From Takakia lepidozioides (lineage: Eukaryota; Plantae; Bryophyta): DNA of 64,000 bases. Both the position numbers and the translations under genes were made by a program. The notes below the pieces were generated by a model. That model was not told the DNA's origin. It did not search any database and saw only the letters and a list, made by a program, of their open reading frames with translations. Where the stretch lies: the NCBI GenBank assembly GCA_030704615.1, contig CM060733.1, positions 71,734,001 to 71,798,000 on the forward strand. Reading direction: 5' to 3'. Positions 39,081 through 51,899 of the stretch are shown here, piece by piece; within the stretch, counting starts at the first letter, position 1, and every line of letters starts with the position of its first letter.

Positions 39081-39786
39081 TGTGGGGTATCCTTAATTTT
39101 GCGCAGTCATGAGACTTCATGGCTCTACTGCCACGAGCCTTCATGAGCCTCATGGTGCGGCAGGCACATGCCTTCATGAGTCCTCATGATGTGGCAGGCA
39201 CAGGTCCCCATGAGCTCTCATGACTCTTAAGGCATGAGTCCACACAGGTCTCACAGGCCTCACGGAACACACAATACAAGGAATAGCAGTACGAGTTAGT
39301 ACTGTCATGACTGATGGTTAGAGTCATGACAGCTACTTAGGTAGTTAGGATAGCTTGCGGGTAGTTAAGGCAGCGTAGCTGCAGGAGAGGGGGGCTTCTT
39401 CTTGTTCTTCTTGGACTATCTTGGGGGCGGTAGGCGCACGACGGAGGGCAGAGAGAGAGAGAGAGAGCTGCCAGAGCGATGCTTGATACATGCAATCTGT
39501 AACAATGGAGCTGTAGTGTAGATAGAATGACAATGAGGCTGCAGCCTAACTTATGACAGTACTATTAAATGTGATTCATACTTCATAATTGTAATTTATA
39601 GAGAGACCAGAGAGAAGTTGTGGAATGACTATCTAGATAGATGCGTTACCAGACCTGGCAAATTGCATAAGCATGAAGCACATCACATAAGTATAAAGAC
39701 TCGGTGAACTAACCATGAATGCAAGAAGGATCAAGTGTAGGAAGACACCCCCATGATACACTCGATATAGGTCATGACTGACTGTA
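39081..39786 (+). repeat. LTR family A fragment (TG start, 3' end missing)
   Basis: Begins TGTGGGGTATCCTTAATTTTGCGCAG, contains CATGAG repeats, inverted copy of 36366-36862. Confidence 0.85.
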
Positions 39787-39938
39787 CTGATTTATCATAG
39801 TCCAAATCTACTTGTTGTACCAAGACGACCAATGGAAAACCCCTCCAACTCCCTCCTCCCCCCACCAATCGGATCCGTACTCTCTCATGATCCTCGAGTA
39901 TGGCCCATCCGTCCGGACGTCCTTCTCAAAAGTCGTCG

Positions 39939-40130
39939 CTAGTAGTGCGGAGCAACGCGAAGCCCTAGTTCTAGCGACGACCGAAGGTCGGAAGCTAGTT
40001 TAGCGTAGAGCAGGAATAGGGTGCCATAGTGCCACATCATCGTTGCCACATTTCGTAGACTCGACATCATAGCCAGGTCATCGTCGTCGTCAATTTCTTT
40101 GGAATCTGCCCGGAATGCCCAAAAAAACAA
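39939..40130 (+). repeat. Non-autonomous dispersed repeat (Helitron/Helentron-like family)
   Basis: CTAGTAGTGCGGAGCAACGCGAAGCCCTAGT also at ~29298-29328 and, inverted, ~47348-47378 and ~48248-48278; the body matches the reverse complement of 47235-47345; hairpin CGACC-GAA-GGTCG. Confidence 0.6.
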
Positions 40131-40519
40131 AAATGACTTCTTGAGCTCAAGCTCAAGTGCGGTGTTTCATGGATTAAACGGGGGTCGGAATTGTGTCTTT
40201 AGAAGCTCCAGGAGTTCCATGGAATTTCCCAGGTTGTACATTTGCTGTATTGAATGAATGCGCCGTCGGATCCAGGCTCGGAATTGTGTTTCGCAATTCA
40301 GCAGAAACGAATGTACTCTGGGCAATGGTAGGACAATCGAGGCAAAAAGGTGAGTGCCTGTTAGCTTACAGAGAGAAGCAGACAACAAGATGCACTGCAA
40401 ATCTTTGCTGGAAATTGTCATCTTCTCTCTCTTCAGCATATTATGTCTTGGGAGCAACTCAGCATCGGAACTAGTGTGTGATGAGTAGGGTTGGGGTTTT
40501 TGCTAGAACAAATCTGGGC

Positions 40520-40586
40520 TATTCTATGTATAAAGGTAAGTCTTACTACCAATGTCAGCCCCTAACAGAGGTAGGTTCTATCCCTT
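40520..40586 (+). mobile_element. ~65-bp filler copied from the LINE 3' end
   Basis: GGTAAGTCTTACTACCAATGTCAGCCCCTAACAGAGGTAGGTTCT matches ~6150-6195. Confidence 0.8.
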
Positions 40587-40814
40587 TGCATACTGAGACA
40601 GCCCCTGTGGTCTTTGAAAGCTGGGATTGTCCAAATTGGGAAGTAACATGCTCTGGCTTGCATGCTCAACACTTGGGCTAGGATATGCCTTTTTTGAGTA
40701 ATACAAAGGCATTTGGTTTCTGTACAAAGTGAACTCAGTAATCTGCCCTAATCCAGTCCCCAGTCTAATGTTGTTACCTTGTTATTTGCAGATAATCATT
40801 GCGGATGAGGCACA

Positions 40815-42140
40815 CTACTTGAAGAATGCATAAGCAAAGCGCACATTTTCTGGAGAAGTGCTTTCACTTCTTTCACCTTCTTCACTCAAAATGTTCTCAA
40901 ATCTTTCTTCTAATATTTCAGCAAGACCTCTATTTGGGCTTGTTACTGTGGAAGGTCCTTCAGATCTTTCTTGTGGTAACCATTCACCAAGTACATTACT
41001 GGCAACTTCTTCTGGTGTAGTGTTCCCACTTCCCACCGATCCGATTTCCTGATCTTCAAGTTTATCACTGTTTGATGTCTCACCTTGAATAATTTTCAAG
41101 TTCTGTAATTCTGGGAACTCTTCTCTTAACCGAGCCTCCCTTTCTGCAGCATATTTCTCTATTCATTCAGCTCTGTCTTGTTTAGCTTTTTCTTTAATTT
41201 CCTCATTCATTCCCACATCATATGTAGAATTCCTTTTCAGTACCCTTTAAAACAGTCTTGGTATATCAGTAAAGAAAATTTATAGTGTCTCTACCCTTTC
41301 TTCAAGACTCATCCTATCTTGCAAGAATCCGTATTACAACTTAATTTTCTTTTTTACTGATTGATCACCAAACTTTTTAATGAGCACAATAATACCATCT
41401 GTCTTTTTCAGTGTATCTAACTTGCAATAAGTCTTTGGGTATCCAGTACTCCACTGCTTCTATGATCGTGTGACAATATTCATAATTTGGACATCCATCT
41501 CTGAAAATATAACTAGTGTAACAAACTTTTCTGATTGGGATTAGAGTAATCAATAGAGCTAGACGAGACAACCACTCTTCACTTCTAATCCTACATTCCC
41601 AAGGTGCTCGTGTAATACTGATCATTCCTCCCTTCAATCCCCATTTGTCATCTTCTTTCACGACTGACAGAAAGATTTTCTGTTGTATTGCTCTTGGTAA
41701 ACCATGAAAATTTTCCAGGAATGTTTTCCATTCCTTTGCTTCTGTTGACTCGTTCTGTCGTGATTTCAAGAAATCACTGAGTAACCATCCTTCTTTGAGT
41801 ACTTTGAACTCAACATACCGTTAATCCCCAGTATGGTCGCCAAATGTTAACCGCTGGTTTATGACTTAGACAAAACAGGCTATTAACACTACTGCCCATT
41901 TCCTAAGACATGCAACAGAGGTTGTCCGACGGTATGCTTTCAGAAACGATTACGAAGTAATCGTTTTAAGGATAGCTAAACCATGAACGTCGGATGAAGC
42001 CATATCCTTGCAGACTGCTTAATCCTATTGATTAAGACCAATCTACAGTCTCTTAAGCATAAAAGACCTTAGTTGAAAGGACTGAAGCCTCTTGGTTCAT
42101 ACAAGCAGATGGTAGTCAAGAGAAAACAAGAACTATTCTG
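40815..42140 (-). mobile_element. 5' end of a family-B Tat/Ogre-like element: LTR end (41845-~42140), PBS (41825-41842), extra ORF (41769-40815)
   Basis: LTR..TTAACA-TT-TGGCGACCATACTGGGGA on the minus strand; ORF homologous to 1906-2644. Confidence 0.8.
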
Positions 42141-42189
42141 AGATGATATACATTCTCACCATCTCACGTTCACTCTACACGGAGATACT

Positions 42190-43903
42190 TCAAATAGCAT
42201 GGCTTGACAAGACTTGGGCAGAATTAGTGAGGCATTGGAACACGCCCGAATGGCAAAAGAGTCGTGATAATGGCAAGCATGCACGGGGGCATGTTGGTGC
42301 CCCTTCGAGATCTGGATGCAGTGGCCTTAGTGGCGTTGAGGAACGTCTGGTAAATCTGCCTGTCTCATGACATTGCCAATATATTCAGGTAGCGAGGTGT
42401 CTTGTCATTTGTATCTTACTCTTAGAGGATGGCACTAATATTCCCATATCCTGTCCATGTGTAGGCTAAGACAAGTGGTCGTCCTCCACTTCTATCCGAA
42501 ATTTCGGGGAGCAAGAATAGCAACAAGGGGTATGGTTCCGATTCAGCAGGGGCCACCCGTTCTGTAAGTAACTAACCCACCTGCATTTGTTGCAATGATG
42601 TGCTTGTCAATTATTTATGGTTTTGCCTTCTTGTACATATGCCAATAAATTACCTCGCATGGCTAGTGCGATCGATGTATTGAATCGTATTTCCACTCTA
42701 TTTGTGGCAGGGCCTTGGAGCATTGGCTTCTCGGCTTGATGGCTTGGAAGGATGGAAACATACAATGGAGGCCAGCTCAATGGAGCACAAATTGGAATTG
42801 CAGGTAGTGAAATCCATGTTTGCCGCTACAGTATCTAAGACAGAGAAGTTCAACATGGCATTGGCAGCGAAGCTCGGTTTGGACCTGCCGAGGGATGATT
42901 CTCCATCAGCATCAAACATTGTGTGTGAGTTGTCGCCCCCTGTTCATGGTGTTGTCCCACCTGTGGCTACTGTGGAAATGACAAGTACAGGTGAGCAGCC
43001 TCCTAGCAGTGGAGGCAGTGGACAAAGGAAAGGGGGCAGTATTTCGGGAGAAGATGCCACAGGTGAGGACAAAGTTCAGAACATGGCATGTGACGATCTT
43101 TGCCTTAATTATGGTGCCAATGATGACCTATCCCCCCTTATTGAGAAGGGAGTGCCTGTAGTGGAGGATCACACCGGTAGTGAACTTAGATAGAGTGCCC
43201 AAGACATAGGGGCAGGGGCTAAGGGCACAGGAGTGGTTATTGTTGGGGCAGGGAAGAACATTGATTCAACAACAAAATTGGCCGTTGTTCGGAAGGTAAG
43301 TACTCGTGTTCCTATATTCTTGTGCTGTTCCAAGTCGATTATGCAATACCTGCAGGCCGTTCATGAATTTTGTGTACATGTGTGGGTTTCTATTGATTCA
43401 GAAGCCACCAAAGGAAATTGTTGCGGTGAAGATGACCAAGAAGTCCGCAAGTCTTGCTACCAGCAACGTTGATGGGAGCTGTATGGGAAGCTTCAAAGCG
43501 CCGGCTCCTGTTGTAAGTTTCCCTTCGTGGAAGTACATCCGTATTTTGTTTGCAGGGCTATATGATGACATCTCGCGTTTTCCCTGTCCATAACTGTTTC
43601 ATGTGCATAACAAATGACAAGGGCACACATTGGTGGTGTTGGCTGCTCCAGTTTCAGGTTGGTGACAAGCTCACAATGTTTGACCCCAATGCACCCAAAC
43701 GGAAGGCAGGCGTGGGCCATATATTGGGCATGTCGACTGACTGGCAGGCTTATGTCGTTCATGCCGATTATTATGTTGTCTCGGTTGAAGCAGTACATGG
43801 GGCAGATGTTGCTCTACCATACCCCAACAATGATGTTAGGCCTGACACTGTAGGCAGCACGGCCCTGTGGTCTGCCAAGTTCCTCAAACTGACCCGAACA
43901 TGA
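42190..43903 (+). pseudogene. CACTA/En-Spm TnpA-like (Ptta + Tnp1-like domains), spliced, 5'-truncated
   Basis: WAELVRHWNTPEWQKSRDNGKHARGHVG..SRSG..G (Transposase_24-like); C-terminal VGDKLTMFDP..AGVGHILG..YVVSVEAV..DVALPYP..VGSTALW; GT-AG introns. Confidence 0.7.
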
Positions 43904-44329
43904 GGTTGTGGGGGATCCTCAGTTTGAAGGCAATTTTGACTGAACGCCACTTCATATCGATTTCACCTTTTCTTCGTGATTTTGCGCATCAATGTAGGAT
44001 TTGGGTACATTGTGGGGTTGTGATCAGCAGTGCAGACTCTGCAATACTTGCATGTTCAGACTAAACTGTATTTGGGCAATGAAGGGCGTACCCAACTTTG
44101 AAGCACCCTTGCATCTGGTCATTCTTTCTGTTGTTCTAGCCATGCTTAGTCAATTGTACATGTCATGAGCAGGTTGTTGCCGCGGTGCTTTGGAATTGTG
44201 TTTATGTATATGAGTCATATTTCACATGGACTGTGAAACTGACAGTGTGGACAGTATCACGATTTGTGATATGATCATGATGCATGTGGATTAATTGTGC
44301 ACACCATGACGTCACAAATATGTGAAATC

Positions 44330-45138
44330 AACCGCAGCTTGCGTGTGGCATCCTCCACATTTTTGTGGAATGACCTACAACATCAGCAGTAGAATATTTC
44401 ACACCCACTATGGTATGCTCCACAGCTATGTGGAATGACCTACAGTATAGGCAGTAAAATACTACACACCACTCCATGCAGATTACGCCACGTGCCGTCC
44501 TCTCCAAAATACACGTGTTGCCCATACCGTTGCCCACATGTCGTCAAGCCCAGGTGACAGGGTGTCGCATCATTTTTCCATAGGTGTGGACAAGTCCACA
44601 CCCTTTGTACGTTTAGGATCCACGTGGCGGTGTTTGCCAAAGAACATGTGGCCTCCAAACTTGCTGAAGCTGTGAAAACAGCCAGTGGATGGTCTCACAC
44701 CGAATGGCTTTGTTCACACCCACATGCCACGCCAGATGTCCACTCCACATACGTGCACAACACCTCTTCATGTCCATACACGTGTCATCCTCACAAAAAT
44801 ACACGTGTTGCACACACCGTTGCCCAGATGTCGTCAAACCCTGGTGACAGGCTGTCGCATGGTTTTCCCGTAGGTGTGGACAAGTCCACACCTTTGTACA
44901 TCTAGGATCCACGTTGCGGTGTTCGCCAAAGCACACGTCGCCCGTGGAAAAAGCCATGAACCCCGTGAAAAAGGCCACCCGTGGACTTTTCCACAGGGCC
45001 ACCCGAGAGCCAGGCCGTCCACGGGGTGTCCGAAAGCACTAGTCGTTTCTTACACCCACAGCAGGTGTGGACTGGGGCGGATTCCACGGCAAAAAGTGTG
45101 AAAAGAGCCGTGGAAAAAGCCGGTTTCTCTTCTAGTGG
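44330..45138 (+). mobile_element. CACTA 3' subterminal repeats and right TIR
   Basis: Ends CCGGTTTCTCTTCTAGTG (reverse complement CACTAGAAGAGAAACCGG); duplicated ~140-bp unit (44507/44797) with palindrome GGTGTGGAC-AA-GTCCACACC; many CCACG/CGTGGA motifs. Confidence 0.8.
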
Positions 45139-45209
45139 AGATTGAATTCGAAGTTGTTTACAAACCTGGACGGTTGCATCTTGTGGCAGATCACTTGTCA
45201 CGCCTCGCA

Positions 45210-46330
45210 GAGAACCCGCCACAGGGGTGGACGATCAACTACCTGATGCCAGTCTATTTGCAGTAGAAGTTGGGGCTGATGATTGGTTAGATTGGCAGTG
45301 GCCAATCATCAGATACTATTTGACTCATGGTCAGTGCCCACCCAGTTATGGGAAGGAGCAAAGAAAGAGGATAGCCATTAAGGCTTTACCATACACTATG
45401 ATAGGAGGAAAGTTGTACAAGTTAGGACCAGATGGAGTCCTGAAGAGATGTTTGTACCATCATGAAGTCAATAAAGTTTTGGAAGAAACTCATAAAGGAG
45501 TGACTGAGGACACTTTGGAGAAGAGACTACCAGTAGAAAGATATTACTTGTAGGATACTAGTGACCTACATTATTCAAGGATGTACACAATTTTTGCAAA
45601 AGCTGTGATGAGTGCCAAAGATTAGGACCATTGCAGAGATCAGAGAAGATGGCTTTACATCCTACAATGCCTACGGAACCATTCCAGAAATGGGGATTGG
45701 ATTATGTTAGACCAATCAATCCACCAGCAAGAAATACACAGAATAACAAGCAGAAGCCACGAATAAGATACTGTGCACTATCCTTGTCAAGACAGTGAAT
45801 GCCAATAGAACAAATTGGGATACAAAGTTGTTGACAACCTTGTGGTCATACAGGACCTCATATAAAGTCACTACAAGGCATACACCATTCCAATTGGTTT
45901 ATGGTATGGAAGCTTTGCTTCCTGTGGAATTCTTGCTACCTACCATGAGAACTGAATGGGGAAGGAGAATGGAATTGGAAGATTCAATCAAAGTAAGAAG
46001 ACATGAATTATATCATGTAGAGGAAGTTCGTGCTGATGCAGCACATAACATGACCAGAATTCAGATGAAGAGGAAAGATCGATTTGATGAAGGCAAACTT
46101 AAAACTTTTAAGACATGAGACTTGGTACTATGGTTGCAGAAGAAAAGAAAGATTAAGGCTTCTAAGCTTAAGTCACCATGGAAAGGACCTTATGTCATAC
46201 AGAAGATGTATGATAACAACACAGCAATGCTGCAGACGATTAACAAGGAGATGCTTGGAAGAGTTTATGCAAACAAAGTTAAGGGATACAGTGGTATCCA
46301 TGATAGACCATTACAGCATGATTTGAATTT
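45210..46330 (+). pseudogene. Tat/Ogre-like integrase fragment with internal deletion
   Basis: KALPYTMIGGKLYKLGPDGVLKRCL (paralogous to 10-423), WGLDYV, WDTKL..LWSYRTSYK..TPFQLVYG, WKGPY. Confidence 0.9.
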
Positions 46331-47780
46331 TGAAGCAGAGAAGAAGCAGCGGACTGCCCCAGTACCACCATCAGATCATGAGGTACATGTTACAACGCCT
46401 CATGGGTATGGTCATATGAGTGAACACAGGAGTTCTCACAGCTAGCACAGGCCACACAGGCTGCACAGGCCATAGGGACGGTGATAGGTGGACACGAGTT
46501 AACAACGACGAAGGGGCTAGTAAGTAAAAAAATAGTTAAGGAGGCATTATCAGTAAAATTTGCCACGGGGCCAGAAAGTGTTGGAAGGGTATTTGAACTC
46601 AAACACATGGCCTAAGGAGAGGGGCCCTCCGCATTACATGTACTGCAATGGCGAGCGCAATCACACTAAACGACAAACGGGGCCGCCGAAGTACCCGCCC
46701 GATACTTCCGCCGTAATTAATCACGGACAATAAAGTGAATAGGGAGGACAAAAAGAGAAATGCCTTACCCGTCCAAAAAAGGGAAACCTATGTCAAATAT
46801 GTAGACATGTTGGTCATTCAAGAGCAGTGTGTGAAATGAACAAGGTAATTTTGAAAAATTACCTAACAACCATACGACCAATCAACGACGAGGAAACTGT
46901 TAATGGAACTCCACTAAAGAAACAAGATCAAGAAATCAAGAGAGTTATGAAGTGCCATAACATTTACATTGAATAGGTGAAGAAACAAAAAAAAGAAAAA
47001 AGAAAAAAAGGTAAGATTAGAGCAGATTTGACCAAAAAATGATTATCATGATTCAGTTTTTTTTTTTTTCTTTTTTTTTTCTTTTTTTTTTCCCCAAACA
47101 GCTTAAAAATGACGATGATGATGTGGCTGCTGATGACCTGTCCTACGAAACGTGGCGACGATGTATGGCACCTTATTCATGCTCTAATTCTCATAATTCA
47201 GTTGTATGTTTTTGCTTTTTTTTTATAGCCTAAAAAATGACGACGATGACATGGTTAACAATGACGTGTCCTACGAAACATGGCAACGAAATGTGGCAAT
47301 GATGACGTGGCACCATGGCACCCTATTCCTACTCTCCACCAAGAAAATCTAGGACTGTGCATTGCTCCGCACTACTAGTGAGGACTTTAAGAACAATGTT
47401 CACATTTTACTAAAAGTTCAACGTTTACTTCATTTTTATTGGAAATATATTTTACGCGGGAAACAATAGGAATAATGTGAGAACTTAATGCAAGCATGCG
47501 ATCTAACGATACTTTCGTCGTATTTAGGCAGTGTTGGCTCTTTAAGCTTTGTTGAGAGAAAGAAACCAGTTCATTAACCCTCCCCATGTTGCCCCGGTTA
47601 TGGCCATTATAAGGTGTTTACCTTCCAAAGGAAAGGTAGTAGCCCTTTAGGATGAATGACACCATAAGTTTCGTTGTGCTTCAAAGAGTTTTTTTTTCCC
47701 CTTCTTATACGGTTCAATATTTATTTTATATTTAAAATTTTAAATAAAAATACAACAGATCTTACTGCACTTCATATAAA

Positions 47781-47900
47781 CTAGTGTGGCATGTGCCGTT
47801 GATGCACCACTGCTCATCGAGGGCTTTCCAGCGGTATCAAGACCCAGGGCGGGTGGTTTGACAGATCGTAACGATGCTACAAACAAATAAATAAAAACAA
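47781..47900 (-). mobile_element. Helitron-like 3' terminus
   Basis: Minus strand reads GAAAGCCCTCGATGAGCAGTG-GTGC ATCAACG GCAC-ATGCCACA-CTAG|T: short hairpin, then CTAG before a T. Confidence 0.5.
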
Positions 47901-48006
47901 AACAAAATACCCAAACTTAATACATAGCTTTATAAATTAATCATGAATACTAAAATAAAAAATATATGCAATCAATCAATGGCACTTTTTAGAAAGCAAA
48001 GTTTTT

Positions 48007-48223
48007 AAAAAAAAAAAAAAAACCTGGGAGCGACTGCTCACAATTCAGGCCCTTGAGGAGGGGGGAAAATAAACCCCCTTTCAGATAAGCCATTAGGCAC
48101 ACAAGTGGGAAACGTCACCACCAGACCAATCGGTCACGAACAATCCACACACCAGGCAGGGCAGCGGGTTTGAACCCCAAACTACCAGGGTGACACACTG
48201 TGCACTTACCAGCTGATGTGCAG
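48007..48223 (-). mobile_element. tRNA-derived SINE with oligo-T tail
   Basis: Minus strand: A-box-like CACATCAGCTGGT (48220-48208), B box GGTTCAAACCC (48176-48166), ~140-bp body, 16-T tail at 48022-48007. Confidence 0.55.
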
Positions 48224-48468
48224 TTTTTATAAATTAACATTATAACTACTAGGGCTTCGCGTTGCTCCGCACTACTAGCGACAAATTCTGAGAACTACAT
48301 TCATTTTTTAACAAAAAAGGGGTGGCTCATCCCCAAAAGGGGTGGATCATCCCCACGGTGTTACATCCAGAGATCCCATGTTTTGTTAGGAAATGGTGGA
48401 TGGTCTAAGTACCTACACAGATCAATGAATGAAGCAAGACACTAGCATCTTTCCAAGAAAACATCATT

Positions 48469-49331
48469 TCACCAGTAATCACCACAATAACAAATCCCAT
48501 CTTCAAAGCGGTGGAAAGTAGTTAGCGTCCCCATACAACAATTGCTCGGCCAACAATCTTTGAGATGAATTTGGTGGAGGTGTGTCAGTCTCCACAAACT
48601 CGAAGATTCTTGATGAATCGTGCTGATCAGCCCAAAACCAATGGCCAGCTTCTCACTGTGGTGGCAAAGAGAAAATTCCTTTCCTCCTCGTGCAAGGCAC
48701 ATACCCCGCCTCCTTCATCTGCCCAGACAACTCAGCTCAGCATGGATTTCCTTAATTCTGGGATGCAACTTGTCATCTGGCTCCTTTCTAACCCCTCTGA
48801 CCTTCATCATTCTTCTCACCTTTGCAGTATCATCCCACCTGCCAGCTGCAGCATAGATGTTTGATATAGCAACACATAAGTCGCGGCATCCTGCTCATCC
48901 CACTTGAGGATAGATGTTGCCGCTCAGCCATCTCCACATTGTCATGGATTCTGCAGGCACCAAGCAAGGCCTTTCACACCACAACATCTGGATTGATTGG
49001 CATTTATTAATTAGGTCCACTGCCTCATCCAGTTGTACTGCATGTCCAAGAAGGTCCACCATGCAGCCAAAGTGCTTTACTATCGGAGTGACACCATGAT
49101 CTTGACTCAGGGAATCAAATTAGCGTCTTCCTTCATTCAGTAGGCCAGTGTGGCTGCCTGCAAAGAGAACACATATGTGATACTGTCCGGCTTCAAGCAG
49201 TTCTTTTGCATTTCTTCAAATAGTTGCAGGACCTCCCTATGACAACCATGTTGGGCATATCCTGCAATCATCGGATTCCACGACACCACATTTCATTCAG
49301 CCACATTGTCAAATACTCCCGTTGCATCCTC
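48469..49331 (-). pseudogene. PPR C-terminal P2-L2-S2-E1-E2-DYW pseudogene fragment
   Basis: [73 protein letters not shown]; many frameshifts. Confidence 0.9.
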
Positions 49332-49889
49332 TTCAAGATGGCTATAGTCAAGTTTTAAGATACTGAAGTCTCACACAATAGACAGCCAAAACAAAAGCAT
49401 CCAAAAGAGGCAATTCAAGATTAAGTTATGTTCGGCAGATCTAGATTCAGTCCAGACAGCCGGAAATGAGCTATGACGATAAAAAAACTACTTCCACACT
49501 AGACAACTGGAGGAGCTCGTAAATTAAATTCCTCAAAGCCAGTTGCACATAAACTATCCATCAATCCATGCCCTTGAGTTTATAGGTGGGTAACAACATG
49601 AGAAATAGAGTGGAAGGTGGCAAGCTGCATCTTTGTTTTTTTGTTTTTTGTTTTTTTTTATAAATAAAATTTATATGGATCTGTTCAATAGAGGAATGTG
49701 ATAGGAAGCCCGGGTAGACCAGGCAGGAGCTTGCACAGGCCCTCCGTTTTGAGAGATTGAGTTCCACGGAATAGAGAGTGGAATCCCCGTTGCAGGAAAA
49801 GAAAGAGAATGAAATGAAATGGAACTTTGTAATGTCCACAGAAAGCTCAAAGAGCATATGGGACAAAATGGGTAAAAATAAGAGAGAGG

Positions 49890-50080
49890 ACATTGTAACA
49901 TAAAATGGATATTGTCCTGCACACCGGCCATTGACAATCTCCATTTCCTCTTTGCATCCACTTATTGTTCAAAAGTAGACTCCCCACCCTGAGTTAAAAT
50001 TACTGTAGTGCCAAGGCTGCCCTTCACTCATCCATGTCACAAACTGGAAACGAGTTCAGGGTTTTATCCTAACTTTTGTT
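49890..50080 (-). mobile_element. Older, diverged fragment of the same LINE ORF2 C-terminus
   Basis: LNSFPVCDM, LRVGSLLLNNKWMQRGNGDCQWPVC, DNIHFMLQCP versus LNLFPVCDM..LRAGSLPLNNKHKQRGKGECNCPLC..SIHFLIHCP. Confidence 0.7.
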
Positions 50081-50117
50081 CGGACATACTGCAGGCTTCC
50101 AAAATGGCCTTGGACAC

Positions 50118-50163
50118 GTCAGCTTCCAAGTCAGCTTCCAAGTCAGCTTCCAAGTCAACTTCA
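50118..50163 (+). repeat. 12-bp tandem repeat (GTCAGCTTCCAA) x~3.7
   Basis: Read directly from the sequence. Confidence 0.95.
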
Positions 50164-50299
50164 TCTTAGCAGGGTCAGTTCCTCTTGCCTAATATTCAGG
50201 TACTTGAAAATCTCATCTTCTCGTTCCGCCAGGACTTCACCTGTTTAATGGGGTTGGATTGGATGTTGGCAGATCCACTACCTTTGTCTCGAGACACAA

Positions 50300-51165
50300 A
50301 ACCTATGGCCAACTTCTCACTGTGGTGGCAAAGAGAAAATTCCCTTTCATCCTCCCCCCACATCATGCAATACAAAGCGCGTGTCAGACATATACCCCGC
50401 CTCCTTCATCTGCCCAGACAATCTAATTCTGGGTGAAATGTGTTGATGAAGGTGCCTTGATTAGCAGTGCCTGATTTTATCAATTGTGCCGCCGCTGCTG
50501 CGGCTTCCAGTTGACCATCTACCCATGCAGGTTTCTTGTAGCTATCCTTCCACATGGAATCGTAGGTAATCTGGAGCTTGAAATCCGACCCTCGCATTCA
50601 CCTTTTTGTCTCCATTGTCCCACCATTGACTGGGGTCGGAAAAGTGTTCATTCCAAAGCTTCTCCTCATCTCTGTTATCTGTTTTTGGACACTTTCCTGC
50701 TGCCACATCGGCAGTAACTTGTCAAAGTCACTCCGAACCACCACAGATCCTCCCAACGAGCTAACTTACACAATTCAATATGCATCTCAGGGCCGAGTCT
50801 GATGAGAGAGAAAAACAGGCTGAAATAGGTCGAAGAAGAAGGTGCCCTCACCACATTGTCCTTTACCTTGTGTCATAACCCATGGAGGATTTGACCGACC
50901 ATCAATCCAAAAGGACCTCTTGTGTGTGCTGCTTGTGTCTGTAGTCAGGTAATGTCGGATTGGTCTGAGAACCACCACGGTGTAGCTGAGCAGGCAGAGA
51001 TTGAAACACGGAAGGTGCTAAGACCAAGCTCACTCTCCCAAAAACCTTGTAAACCTCAGGAAGAATACCAAATCATGGTACTAACGGAGCCAAGAGCCCA
51101 CCTTTGCAGGATAGACAAACTTCTTCACATTGTACATTAAGAAAAAGCCACACCTTGCGACCGCA
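50300..51165 (-). pseudogene. PDF-motif exons joined directly to a DYW N-terminal fragment (no PPR array between them)
   Basis: ..RK|intron|TNPTLPDYRHK..FWIDGRSNPPWV|intron|EEKLWNEHFSDPSQWWDNGDKK..DFKLQITYDSMWKDSYKKPAWVDGQL, then LSGQMKEAGYMSDTRFVLHDV..HHSEKLAIG (50425-50300). Confidence 0.8.
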
Positions 51166-51450
51166 GTGTGAAAGGCGAAAACCTGAGCAAACTTACACAC
51201 TAGTGTGAGTTGCAAGACATATAGTGAGTTGATTTTTCAACCAATCTCTAGATAAGCATGAATCTGAGTGACTTTACATCTCCCAATATAAGACCCATTC
51301 TTAGGTTTGCTTCTTGTATGTGATAGACTGATTCTGCCCTCAACAATATGTATTGGTATTTTGTAGGGTTCCAATCTTAGGTTGATCTCTAATTGTGATC
51401 AATCTGTATGAAGGACATTTCCTCTTACACAAGGTTTTTTTTCTGTGCAA

Positions 51451-51899
51451 CTTGAAGCACTTCAACCGGGCGTCTATAAGAGTGTGAAGGAATATGACAA
51501 CCGCTATTGCATGGGTGTAGGATTTGCTCGACCTTCTCTCTCACCCTCCATTTTTCTTGATGGATTGTTCTTTTACATATCTCAGCTTTATAATGTGTCA
51601 GATGAAATTGCTATTGACTTCTCTTCTGAGTTTTGGAATTCTATGCATAATTCCAGGGGAACTTTGGACAGAGCAATACCTGTTTGAATAATTCAATAGG
51701 CCGAGACAATGCTGGTGTCCCAGTGAGAAGCAAGGCATACTTTGCTCTGTGCATATCACCAACACCCACTAGGAGTCACAATTTTGTGGATGAAAAAACT
51801 AGACTGAACCCTTCTTGCAGTGACCACATGTATGCACCAGGAAATCTGTCTCAAGGAGCACATAGCTCTTACCTGCAGAAGCGGCACGCAAGCATTTGA
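51451..51899. pseudogene. Three consecutive exons of a SMARCAL1/CHR18-like SNF2 helicase, the last one inverted
   Basis: Minus: SNACVPLLQ| (51899-51873) and RAKYALLLTGTPALSRPIELFKQ| (51748-51680); plus: LEALQPGVYKSVKEYDNRYCMG| (51451-51516); acceptor sites mutated. Confidence 0.85.

Noticed and set aside
48160-48223. tRNA gene
   Set aside because: Only A/B boxes are present with no cloverleaf; treated as a SINE head.
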